In this document: positions 12,935 to 24,938 of the stretch, one piece after another
How the letters are laid out: every line of letters begins with the position of its first letter
Position numbering within the stretch: position 1 is the first letter of the stretch
NCBI GenBank assembly: GCA_051362555.1
Contig: CM120649.1
Coordinates: forward strand, 9,734,001 to 9,798,000
Source of the DNA: Lingula anatina
Lineage: Eukaryota; Animalia; Brachiopoda
Length of the DNA: 64,000 nucleotides
Reading direction: 5' to 3'
Notes under the pieces: generated by a model
Told to the model about the DNA's origin: nothing
The model's database searches: none
Seen by the model: only the letters and a program-made list of their open reading frames with translations
Translations under genes and position numbers: made by a program

Positions 12935-14342
12935 TGTGTGTTAGAGAGATAGAGAGAAGGGGGAGTGAGAGAGAGAACTTGTTTGTGGGAGGGTGTGGTA
13001 AGAGAGAGAGAGAATTTAGTATTAAAAAAGTTCAAAGAACTTCAAAATTGATTTTAAAAAAAACTAAACACAATAATTCTATGCCAATTTTGAAAGTTGT
13101 ATTATTTTTAAAATACAAAAACAGAAAAATCTGACATTTTGTTAAAACAAAAAGTGTTCAGCTTATCCATGATTTTAAAACTAATAAAAAATTACATAAC
13201 ATGTACATGGCCAGGAGAATAATCTCTTTATATCTGTAATATTCTGTCATTATATCATGCATACTCAGTTTTAAATATGCTCAAGATGACTTAAAGGGTT
13301 AATGTGAACTGTTGAGATTTGGGTGGGGTGGGAGGGAGTTGTGCGCTTAGCAAAAATTTTGATATAGACAAAATTTTATGTATACATTCTGATGCTTGTG
13401 CATTGTCTGCTGTGACATTAAATGAGTCTGTATGTATTCTGCTGAACTCATCTCAGCCTCACATCATCAGCACAGGTCAGTGCAACAACAATATTGCCCT
13501 ACTGCTGATTCTATTCAATCCCTTTCTGACGAACGCCACTATAAGTTGTAACTGAGAAATAATCAATTGTAAATGAGTCATTGAGATCCAAATCAGATTT
13601 TGATATGTTCAAGGTGACAAGGGTTAATGTTAACTGTTTGGAGTTGGGGGGCGAGGGTTGGCTTAGCAAAAATATTGATATAAACAAAATTTTATGTATA
13701 AATCTTGATGCATTTGCATTGTCTGTTGAGACATTGAATGTGTCTATATGTATTCTGATCACTGTCTATGTCTTTATTGTCACTGTATGTGTTTATTATA
13801 ACATAACAATTTTGATCACTTTGTTAAACATTTTTTTAAAAATGGCCCAATTGTTTTGACCAAGTGGGCCAAAGTGGCCCTATGAGATTTTGACTCAGGA
13901 ATAAGGATCCCTGTTATTCTAAGGAAATTCCAATGAATTTACTTTTTAAAACATAAAATCAATAGAATGTTTCTAATATAAATTTTCAAAAGAACACCAT
14001 AGGGCAAATTTAATTAAATCAACCAGCGGGTAAACACTGGAAGGCTTTGTCAATTTCAACAACTTGTTCATTTCAAACAGTGCAGTTTTCGTGCATGCGC
14101 AGTCGTTTGAATCCTGTGCTATTGTGTGAACAATTATTTTGAATGAATTATACAAATCAATTTGTTCATTTTTCTTTGGTTTGTTACATATTTTCTATTT
14201 CAAGATATGATACTTTACTGCTTGGGGATGCTCTTCCCATATTGCTGCATTTTACAATGTAGTGCTTGCTTTATCCACTTGGCGGCAGCACCTTCAGTGA
14301 AGCTGAAGTCTTCATTAAATCTCAATGATGTCTTGGTGTGTT

Positions 14343-14390
<48 letters not shown>

Positions 14391-14501
14391 GAGAAAGAGT
14401 AAGTGTGTGTGTGTTCAATCTTGATGTTTTGGTGTGTTTCTTGTCTGTCAATGTGTGTGTGCGTGTGTGAGAGAGAGAGAAAGAGTGAAACAATTAGTGT
14501 G
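12935..14501 (+). repeat. Tandem repeat unit, copy 2 (internally deleted by ~630 bp)
   Basis: Same order as copy 1, but joins cagcacaggtcagt directly to gcaacaacaatattgccc at ~13481. Confidence 0.85.
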
Positions 14502-15439
14502 TGTGTGTTAGAGAGATAGAGCAAAGGGGGAGTGAGAGAGAGAACTTGTTTGTGGGAGGGTGTGGTAAGAGAGATAGAGAATTAAGTATTAAAAAAACTC
14601 AAAGAACTTCAAAATTGATTTTAAAAAACTAAACACAATAATTCTATGCCAATTTTGAAAGTTGTATTATTTTTAAAACACAAAAACAGAAAAATCTGAC
14701 ATTTTGTTAAAACAAAAAGTGTTCAGCTTATCCATTATTTTAAAACTAATAAAAAATTACATACCACGTACATGACCAGGAGAATAAACTCTTTATATCT
14801 GTAATATTCTGTCATTATATCATGCATACTCAGTTTTAGATATGCTCAAGATGACTTTAAAGGGTTAATGTGAACTGTTGAGATTTGGGTGGGGGTGGGA
14901 GGGAGTTGTGCGCTTAATAAGCAAAAATTTTGATATAGACAAAATTTTATGTATACATTTTGATGCTTGTGCATTGTCTGCTGTGACATTAAATGAGTCT
15001 ATATGTATTCTGCTGAACTCATCTCAGCCTCACATCATCAGCACAGGTCAGTTCAACAACGATATTGCTACACTGTTGATTCTCTTCAATCCCATTGTGA
15101 ACATTGTCGCTATATGTTTTAGCTGAGAAATTATCATTTTGGAAAAAGGTGAATTAGATCCCACTCAGTTTTATATATATTCAAGGTGACAGGGGTTAAT
15201 ATAAACTGTTTGTGTTTGGGGGCGGGGGTGTGCTCAGCAAAAATCTTGATATAAACAAAATTTCATGTATAAATTCTGATGCCTGTTCATTGTTTGTTGT
15301 GACATTGAATGTGTCTGCATGCATGTATTCTGATCACTATGTCTTTATTGGTGCTGTATATGTTTATTATAATATAATAATATATTTTGATCACTGTGTT
15401 ATGTCTGTGTTGTATCTAACGTGTATGTGTGTATATATA
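14502..15439 (+). repeat. Tandem repeat unit, copy 3, first segment (resumes 18733-20141)
   Basis: Matches 1-920. Confidence 0.85.
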
Positions 15440-16098
15440 ACTTTTAGCGTTAGACTTAGAGACAGTAGTATACAACTTTGGCATAGTAGGATATCGCAAG
15501 AAAATCTCAAATTGAGAAGGTATAAAACTTTCAAACTTCATTTTGAGAAAGAAAAATATCTTGATATAATACAAGATAAAGAAAAACGTCAAACCCTAAC
15601 CAAATTCAGAATCAGCAGCCACAATTTGCACAATAGAAACAGGTCGCCACGTCAAGGGTAAACCAACACCAGTCGAAGACAGAAAATGCCAAATCTGCCA
15701 CTCTGGAGTTATAGAGGATGAAGAACACTTCTTAATTACCTGCCCTCTGTATACAGAACACAGAAAAGAACTCTTTGCACATTTAAACAACAAAGATAAA
15801 TTCCACTTTATAATGAATAATCCAAACGAAACAGTGATTATTTCCTTGGCCAAATTCCTTAACCTTGCTTTTAACAAAAGAAACTGTGCTACATCTTCAA
15901 CTTCATGATATCTATCAATTACTACTATAAATACGAAGATTTAGTTCACATAGTAGAAACATTGGTACATTTCTATACATGTATTTTGGTGCTATTTATC
16001 TATGTATTTTGCTATTACTATTATCATTATTAATGGTGCTATTACCTTATCTATGTACATTTTCACCAGCTCAGTCTGGTGCAGAAAGTATGAATAAA

Positions 16099-16100
<2 letters not shown>
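15440..16100 (+). mobile_element. 5'-truncated RTEX-like LINE, 3' fragment
   Basis: Encodes KLRRYKTFK..EKYL..LTKFRISSHNL, a frameshift, then IETGRH..RKCQIC..IEDEEHFLITCPLY. This is similar to the C-terminus of the 6.6-10.1 kb ORF2. AATAAA at ~16093 before (AT)n. Confidence 0.8.

Positions 16101-16176
<76 letters not shown>
16101..16176. repeat. (AT)n microsatellite
   Basis: Perfect dinucleotide run. Confidence 0.95.
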
Positions 16177-16179
<3 letters not shown>

Positions 16180-18730
16180 TATTCACAAAAATTAATACAG
16201 GACATTTAAAGCACAATAAGAGACAGATACACCTTCCACATACCATTCACACACTGCAAATAAAGTTCTTACAAATGTTGATTAAAAATACATGTAGAAT
16301 TTTTTTTTAATAAAAGAATCTTAGTAGGCCTAGGCTACGATAAATGTTCTTTTCTATTCATATCAATATTTTTTCTATACTGTCCCATTTTTTTCTTAGA
16401 TTATCTGCCTTTTGAGGACCCAGTAGGTATAAAGATTGAAAATCTATTTTCTTTTGCTTTTCCAAATACTTTTTGCAGGCATTCCAAAGAGGTGTAATTT
16501 TATTCTGTCTACATAGAGTGAAATATTTCTTTATATAGAGAAGTAGTAGATTAATACCTAAGAGAGGGCTGTCGTCCAGGATTCCAAATATAAACACGCA
16601 CGGTTGTTGTTGCAATTCAACAGAGTACTGTGTGCGTAGGTTCTGAATGAGACAAGTCCAAATAGCCTGAACATATGTACAGTCCCAGAAAATATGCAAT
16701 AAAGTTTCTTTTGGGTCATTACAGAAAGTGCATCGCTCATGTTCTAACATATTATATTTAAAAAGCATCAAATTCGTAAAATAAATTCTATGTAAAATTC
16801 TAAATTGCAATGTGAGAAGTTTATGATCATTTGTTTCTCGAAAGGGCAATGCATGAACTAGCTTCCACTTTTCACTTGGAAAATCAATGTTCAGCTTTTC
16901 CCTCCACTTATCATGGATGTTAAAAGGCATTGCTTCCTTATCTGAAATAAATTTCGGGTAAAAAAGTTTCATTAATTTGTTTTTCGATTTTAATAATACG
17001 AGATTTTTATTTGTTATTGCTGCAAGGTTCTTTTGATACCCTCTTATAATAGTTTTCCAGGCAGAAGGTAAAGCGCTGATGACGCCTTGATAGTCAAGGA
17101 AATTACAATCTATATTATATTCATCACAAAAAACGTCTAGACTTTTTACTGAACCAGTATTATCAATCAGGTCATTAACGTAAAGCACACCTTTTCGAAA
17201 CCATGGTTTATAGAAGATTATCTTTTTATTGATCTTAATATGATCATTTCCCCATAAAGGTTGTGCTAGGATATCATCCGGAGAAGAAATAGAAAATTCT
17301 TGAACAGAAGCCCATATTACCAAAATCTCTTTCCAGGAAGTATTTAGTATATTAATATTACGTATAGACTGTAGGCCCTTCAATGGAAGTAGCAATACGT
17401 CAATTCCCCCGATTTCCGCAATCTCATCCATTAAAAGAGTTTTCCACGAAGAACAATTATGTGGATTTACCAATTTCTTTAGCCATATCAATTTAAGAGC
17501 TTTACAGAAGGATTTCACCTCGGGGACCTTTAATCCACCGTTTTCATAAGAATTAATCATAACATTTCTCTTAACTTTATCTATTTTACTGTTCCAGATA
17601 AAGCGATAAAAAAACTCGCTCCAATTCTTTAAAGAAATGATCAGCAGGCATAGGAAGGACAGTTAATATTTGGATGATAGTAGGGAGTGCCAAGGATTTT
17701 AAAATAGTTACTTTACCTAGGAGTGAAATATGACGGAACGACCAATCATTTAACAACGATTTGATGGAATGTAATTTTTCTCTAAAATTCTCTTCATAAA
17801 TGTCATCCTTTGCTAGGTTATACCAAATACCCAGTAGTTTAAATTTCCCACTATGATTCCAAAATATATACTTTTAGAGGTTTGATACTCCTCACCACAG
17901 CAGCGCTTTGCTCCAATCCAAACAGCCTGGCTTTTTTCAAAATTTATTTTCAATCCTGAACATTGAGAGAACAATTCTAGCATATCCAGAGCTGCATTCA
18001 ATGACTCTCTATCATCTGCTAGATGGAGCGTGGAGTCATCTGCGTATTGTGTAATGACGTATTCTAAGTTATGCAGTAAGATCCCTTTTATGTTTGGATC
18101 AAATTTGACCGCTGCGCTGAGCAATTCTATGCAGATAATAAATATGAAAGGGGACAGAGGGTCACCCTGTCTAACGCCCCGAGTGACATTAAAGAATTCT
18201 GTTAGATGTCCATTATTTTCCACTGCAGTGGAAATATTAGAGTAAAGGGTTTTGAACCAGTTTTGAATATCTTCACTAAAATTAAAAAAAATTTAAGACA
18301 CTGCAAAATATATGCCCACTCTACAGAATCAAAAGCTTTTTCGAAATCTAGCATTAATAAAATTCCTGAAATGTCATCTTTTTCTGTTTTATGGATGATA
18401 TCTTGAATAGTTCTGGAACATTCGCCTATATAGCGACCTTTAACAAATCTAGCCTGTGTAAAAGAGATGATATCGTCAATGTGTAATTGGATTCTGGCTG
18501 CTATGCAAGCAGAAGCAAGTTTGTAATCGACATTCAGCAAAGTAATTGGACGCCAATTCTTAAGGAATACTTTCTCCTTCCCCTCCTTTGGTATACACTT
18601 GATTATACCTTGGCGTTGAGATGTAGACATTGACTGTACTTCAAAGGATTTATTCAGTGACCTAAGCAGAGGCTCCTTGAGATCAGTCCAAAAGAATTTA
18701 AAAAATTCTACCGTATAGCCATCCAAACCA

Positions 18731-18732
<2 letters not shown>
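16177..18732 (-). mobile_element. 5'-truncated Tx1/L1-clade LINE (RT plus zf-RVT-like region), frameshifted
   Basis: PGLDGYTVEFFKFFW, WRPITLLNVDYK, LDFEKAFDSVEW, GVRQGDPLSP, QYADD, GGLKVP and CTFC...HIFWDC across ORFs 18202-18732, 17813-18223 and 16358-17560. AATAAA at 3' end. (AT)n on both sides. Confidence 0.88.
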
Positions 18733-18793
<61 letters not shown>

Positions 18794-20141
18794 ATTGATG
18801 ATTTATTATCTGTTTTCAGTAGAAATGAAGGTGTTTCCTGGATTATCATCACACTGAGGACAGTTGAATTCATCTGTTCACCATCTCGTTCTACAACCAC
18901 ACAGTGTCAGCAAAGGTCAGTGCAACAACAATATTGCCCTACTGCTGATTCTATTCAATCCCTTTCTGACCATCGCTACTATATGTTGTAGCTGGGAAAT
19001 AATCAATTGTAAATGGGCCATTGAGATCCAAATCAGATTTTGATATGTTCAAGGTGACAAGGGTTAATGTTAACTGTTTGGAGTTGGGGGGCGAGGGTTC
19101 GCTTGGCAAAAATCTTGATATAAACAAAATTTCATGTATAAATCTTGATACCTTTGCATTGTCTGTTGAGACATTGAATGTGTCTATATGTATTCTGATC
19201 ACTGTCTATGTCTTTATTGTCACTGTATGTGTCAGTCAGTCATATTATAAAATAATAATTTTGATCACTTTGTTAAACATTTTTTAAAAATGGCCCAATT
19301 GTTTTGACCAAGTGGGCCAAAGTGGCCCTATGAGATTTTGACTCAGGAATAAGGATCCCTGTTATTCTAAGGAAATTCCAATGAATATACTTTTTAAAAC
19401 ATAAAATCAATAGAATGTTTCTAATATAAATTTTCAAAAGAACACCATAGGGCAAATTTAATTAAATCAACCAGCGGGTAAACACTGGGAGGCTTTGTCA
19501 ATTTCAACAACTTGTTCATTTCAAACAGTGCAGTTTTCGTGCATGCGCAGTCGTTTGAATCCTGTGCTATTGTGTTAACAATTATTTTGAATGAACTATA
19601 GAAATCAATTTGTTCATTTTTCTTTGGTTTGTTACATATTTTCTATTTCAAGATATGATACTTTACTGCTTGGGGATGCTCTTCCCATATTGCTGCATTT
19701 TACAATGTAGTGCTTGCTTTATCCACTTGGCGGCAGCACCTTACAGTGAAGCTGAAGTCTTCATTAAGGCTTCGTTCACATGCAATGTCTATTTTCTAAA
19801 TTCTATTTTCTATTTGCGGTATGTCTTATGATCACGGTCTGTGGCCTGAATATCCCGCGGCGTAATTACTGGCAGCGCGAGCCAGTTACTATAAGTTACT
19901 ATAATTACTCGCACTGCCAGTAATTACGCGGCGGGATATTCAGGCCACAGACCGTGATCATAAGATAGCGCAAATAGAAAACAGAAATTAGAAAATAGAC
20001 ATTGCATGTGAACGAAGCCTAAAACTCAATGATGTCTTGGTGTGTTTCGTGTGTGTATGTGTGTGTGTGTGAAAGAGAGAAAGAGTAAGTGTGTGTGTTC
20101 AATCTTGATGTGTTTCTTGCCTGTCTGTGTGTGAGTGTGTG
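18733..20141 (+). repeat. Tandem repeat unit, copy 3, second segment
   Basis: (TA)n, then a match to 1040-1371, 6208-6433 and 12408-12930. Interrupted by a MITE. Confidence 0.85.
19768..20019. mobile_element. Palindromic MITE, PIF/Harbinger-like
   Basis: 252 bp with ~110-bp inverted arms (GGCTTCGTTCACATGCAATGTC...GACATTGCATGTGAACGAAGCC). TAA duplication at both ends; empty site cattaaatctc at ~14314. Confidence 0.88.
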
Positions 20142-20443
20142 CATGGGCGTAACTAGGCATACGCACGGATGCACTGTGCGTACAATTTTTGGCCAACCAT
20201 GATATTATTTTATATAAATTTAGTGTATTTTTCACGGAATATAAAAGAAAATCCTCTGCTTATTAAAGTCACCTGTACTAGTACCCAGTATGTACAAATC
20301 CTCTGTATCAATTGGATAGGCACAATTGTTCTGACTCCCCCCCCCCCTCCCGGCATGCATACTTTTATTGAACTGAGGTAAACAATACATATAACTTTAA
20401 CAAGGCCTATCTTAATCGTCCATCTAACTGGAACTTCCTTTAC

Positions 20444-21201
20444 TATATCTGCCATCTCCTTCCACTGCTATGGGCTGTCCTTCACACCCTCTCAGATCTT
20501 GAATGCGGCGTAGATTCTCACGGCGCTGTTGCATGTCAGCTTTCTTTAGCTTGGTTATGGCAGCACCGACTTTATTTGCTTGCTTTTGCATGGATGATGC
20601 ACTGGGCGGGGTCACATTGGTCGCCATTACAATCTGCCTCATGGCCGTGTTGGAGATCATGTTTTGTGACAGGCCTACTTGCAAGCCTGCATTCACAGTT
20701 GCTGCTCTCCTGCTACGCTGCTTGCTCTCGACTTCATTGTACAATTTCTGTTTCCCTGTCCTGTACTGACATGTCACATTTTAGTCCCATTGACCAAGCC
20801 ACTCCCCACTTGCTCTCTGCCTCTCTGTCCCGAACCATTGAGCCAGTGCACTCAGCTGTATGCTCTGACAAGACTTTGTTGACCAGATTGACAAGTTTTT
20901 CTGGTGAAACCAACTTGTATTCATCATCTGGGGGTTGGGGCTGGCTACTGGACACACTCTCTGACTGGGCCCTCCTAGGTCTGAGTATGATGGGTGCATC
21001 AGGGTTGCTGTTGAGGGTTGTGGGTGGCCCGACAGGGGGTGGAGAGGAGGCTGCCTGGTACAATTCTTGGCTGGGTCTGATGTATCTTCTCACAATAGGT
21101 TCTGGAGGCTGGTCAGACTGCTGACGTCCAGTGGAAAACTTGTTTCCCTTCACAAATACACTTTTTTTTCGTTTTTTCCAGCTACCTTTACCGTACGGCA
21201 T
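20444..21201 (-). pseudogene. DDD/E transposase, 5' fragment (diverged copy 0)
   Basis: MPYGKGSW... to IAVEGDGRY, then breaks off. 2-bp deletion near 20772. Confidence 0.8.
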
Positions 21202-21912
21202 GGTGGATGGAAAGTGACTTCTGAGTCCAGAGGCAGAGACGGGGCATTTTATAGCATCAGCTGCCCATTGTCTCTCCCAGGTGTGCAGGAAAGCAGGATA
21301 CATGACAACAAAAGGTATGAACAATGATTGGAAGTGGAGTTTCCTGTAAACAGCAAACTGCATGGCCCCAGTGCAGGAGGGGGGTCCCCAGCTTAGCAAG
21401 TGAGTATTGTTCTGCAGGGAGGGACAGGAAACATGATTTCCTGTTTCCTCACAAGACACACAAACAAACATAAACAACAGTTGTGACAATTAACCTTGCA
21501 CTTGAGTTTAAGTAATTTTTAAATATTTTAAAATCTTTTTATTAGTAATTTTCCACTTCTTACACTTTATTTCTCAGCAAAGTGCACTTAAACCAGTCTC
21601 AACTGGTTAAGATGCTTATCTCAAATTATCTCACATGTCCAGTATCAGGTGTCAAAATTTCAAAACAATTGAAACAAATTCAAGCACAGAAATTTGCATT
21701 TAACTTTTTATCACTCATGAAATTTTGCTTTCTCACCAGGTGCAATATTGGCTAAAGTGGCCCATACAGCAACCACATTTTCAACTTGACAGGGCTCAGT
21801 CATCAAGAGACCGTTCTCAGTCATATTGGGCGGAGCAGTTGGCAGTGCATTAAGGTTTTAATTTTTGGTGTCAGAAGGTAAGAACAGGGGGGTGGGTGGT
21901 GGTTTGTGTGAA

Positions 21913-22373
21913 GGGCAGAAACCACTAAATCAGCCTGTCAGCACCTGTTATAGACGAATGTAGTTCAGTGAGAGAAAATTAGTGCTTTTTTCCATTTTTT
22001 TTCCTGGCATTTCTTGTGTGTTGCTAGGGTTAATTTTGGTATCAACTAGCAGGCTAGGGTGTATACTACTGCCAGTTTTTTTTTCAGGACCAGGCTCAGG
22101 TGCGGTGCAGTCGTGAGACCTCTGGCGGAGGGGGCTACTGACTGTGAGTGGTGCAGTGGTTTGTTTACAAACAGAGGGGTGCAAATGTTCAAATGATGCC
22201 GGTAAGCAAGAAAGTCTGATATGACAGTATATTTTTTTGCCATTGGGAGTTATGTCAGTGTGTCTACTGTCCATGGGGATGGGAAATGTTTCACAGAGTA
22301 ATTTTGTTCATGCAGTATTGAAGGCATTTCTTAGTATGGTCGTCAATGGGAAATTATTTGGTGGTTTCTGCCC
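21913..22373. repeat. LTDR 1 (461 bp, with TIRs)
   Basis: TGAA|GGGCAGAAACCACTAAAT...ATTTGGTGGTTTCTGCCC|TGAA. Confidence 0.88.
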
Positions 22374-22436
22374 TGAACAGGAAAAGTGACAACTGTTCAC
22401 TTTTGGCTCAGTTTCTAAATTTAGAGCAGCACAGGA

Positions 22437-22444
22437 TATAAAAG
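22437..22444 (+). promoter_or_regulatory. Candidate TATA box of the nuclease gene (repeated in every unit)
   Basis: TATAAAAG 37 bp upstream of the ATG at 22474. Confidence 0.4.
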
Positions 22445-22473
22445 GGTGGTCTTGCATCATTTCACAGACAAAA

Positions 22474-22839
22474 ATGGCTAATCAGCAATTATTTGAAGAA
22501 TTGAGAGAGAAATAACATGCAAAATTGCATAACACACAGGAGGGATAGTGTTGGCTTTGGACTGGGGGCACCAGTTGTTCCAGTGGGGTCCGTTATGGGA
22601 AGATGAGGGTTACTTTTGCTGGGGCCAGACACTCTGTTACTGTTGGAGTGCACAGGGTGGTATTTATGCTTAAGGAGAGGGTTTTACTCATTCCGAGAGG
22701 GACAGAAGTACATGTATCTCACCTGTGTGGAGTCACAGCAGAGCCTCACGGAATCAACAATAACAGATTACATTGTCATACTGTGGGCAGGTGCCTCGGA
22801 CACGGACAGGGGCCAAATTGTGTATATGATAATTATTAA
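22474..22839 (+). pseudogene. His-Me finger (homing endonuclease-like) nuclease, copy 1
   Basis: MANQQLFEELREK*HAKLHNTQEG*CWLWTG...RYGKMRV...VHRVVFML...VSHLC..AEPHGINNNRLHC...CLGHG..PNC. Two in-frame stops; the usual CxNPxHL segment is absent. Confidence 0.8.
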
Positions 22840-23016
22840 TATTATTGTTATTATTATAATGATAATTCCGAGAGGGATTAAATTTACATTTACTTAGTTT
22901 ATAGATTTCTCAATTATATTTCTAAGTTTTAAGACTAGAAGAAAGACCAACAAACTTTTTTTATATTTCACAACCAGTTTATTGCAGAGTAGTATCTTGA
23001 AATTATACATTTTCTT

Positions 23017-24938
23017 TTAATTGCTTGCTCTCTTTGAATAGCTGTGATCAGGAAATACAAGTTTTGGCATAGATATGCATCTTCTGTAGTCATTATTACT
23101 TTTCAATGCTTTAGATCTGTCATATCTTCTGTAACGGCTAAGGATTCTCCATCTAGCTCTTAACTTAAATGCAACTGTCTTTTTGTGATTTATTCTCATT
23201 TTCATCTGTTTTTCATCTTTCTCTAGATATTTAACAACTGAAGAAGTGGGCCTAACACCAACAGAGGCCATTTTACTCAAAGTGGATTGCTTAAGTCAAT
23301 TATTCCTCAAGTGAACTGCACTGTGAATCCTGCCTTCGAAGTTCCGCGAAAAGGTGACAACTTTATTATTAGTTTTCTGAAATATCCTGTTTAAAGACTC
23401 CACTTTTTGTGTGTTGGTATTAAGTTTTGTTGATTCAATGGCCCTTGGGCCCAGTCTATAATTTAGGCACTGTCTTAAGATGTGCATATCTTCAGAGTTG
23501 CTAAAGTCTAGTTTGCCTTTCTCAGGGAAAATAGTTTCCGAGCCACCTTTGCATACATAAGAATACTTCAAACAATTTTCACAATCACCAGTGTAACAAC
23601 TAATTATAGAGTCAGTGACATAGCTCAGTGCTCTTTTAATCAATTCTATGTCACCTTTATTTGCTTTAAAGCAGGCATCAAATTCAGCATAGCAGCGCAT
23701 TGCTATGCACTGAGCAAAGCGTTTTTGCATTTTGTCTCTTGAGTACTTAGTTTTCCCTGGAAAAACTTGACCGGAAAATGGTGCTTTTTCAATTTGCTTT
23801 TTCAGAGCTTAAGTGAAGTGGCGCGTGTCCCGAAGACTTTCGACATCATCACATACAGAGTGGGCTTGGCTATCCCCATCAGTGGTTAAGGCACCAACTG
23901 TGACCTCTCCAGAAATTTCCTCAAGAATCTGCTGCATGGCACGTTTCTCATCTCCAATGCTGTCGTCTTCTCGCAGATTGGCCGTGCAGATACCACTGTG
24001 CTCTGGACAGGATACATCTTCCCCTCTACTTCTCAGCAGGTGAGCTTTGTGGCATAACTTGTTTCCGGTGTAAACACCAATGATGTCTTTTTTGCTGGTT
24101 ACATTTTCCGCAACAGTGTATACAGTCTGAGTGGCTGGCTGGTATGGTGTTTTGTTCCCTCCACTGAAAAGACTATTATTATATCTGCCATCTCCTTCCA
24201 CTGCTATGGGCTGTCCTTCACACCCTCTCAGATCTTGAATGCGGCGTAGATTCTCACGGCGCTGTTGCATGTCAGCTTTGTTTAGCTTGGTTATGGCAGC
24301 ACCGACTTTATTTGCTTGCTTTTGCATGGATGATGCACTGGGCGGGGTCACATTGGTCGCCATTAGAATCTGCCTCATGGCCGTGTTGGAGATCATGTTT
24401 TGTGACAGGCCTACTTGCAAGCCTGCATTCACCGTTGCTGCTCTCCTGCCACACTGCTTGCTCTCGACTTCATTGTACAATTTCTGTTTCCCTGTCCTGT
24501 ACTGACATGTGTCACATTTAATCCCATTGACCAAGCCACTCCCCACTTGCTCTCTGCCTCTCTGTCCCGAACCATTGAGCCAGTGCACTCAGCTGTATGC
24601 TCTGACAAGACTTTGTTGACCAGATTGACAAGTTTTTCTGGTGAAACCAACTTGTATTCATCATCTGGGGGTTGGGGCTGGCTACTGGACACACTCTCTG
24701 ACTGGGCCCTCCTAGGTCTGAGTATGACGGGTGCATCAGGGTTGCTGTTGAGGGTTGTGGGTGGCCCGACAGGGGGTGGAGAGGAGGCTGCCTGGTACAA
24801 TTCTTGGCTGGGTCTGATGTATCTTCTCACAATAGGCTCTGGAGGCTGGTCAGACTGCTGACGTCCAGTGGAAAACTTGTTTCCCTTCACAAATACACTT
24901 TTTCTTCGTTTTTTCCAGCTACCTTTACCGTACGGCAT
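23017..24938 (-). pseudogene. DDD/E transposase (Kolobok/Mutator-like domain), copy 1
   Basis: ~640 codons when repaired. Motifs AVEGDGRYNN, GNKLC, LTTDGDS, DTRHF, TNTQKVESLN. 1-bp frameshift near 24519; in-frame stops at 23809 and 23296. Candidate TATA on - strand near 24990 and AATAAA at 22978-22983. Confidence 0.85.

Noticed and set aside
21948-22274. 104-108 aa ORF inside the LTDR
   Set aside because: No recognisable motif, its end varies between copies and it is broken in LTDR8; likely incidental.
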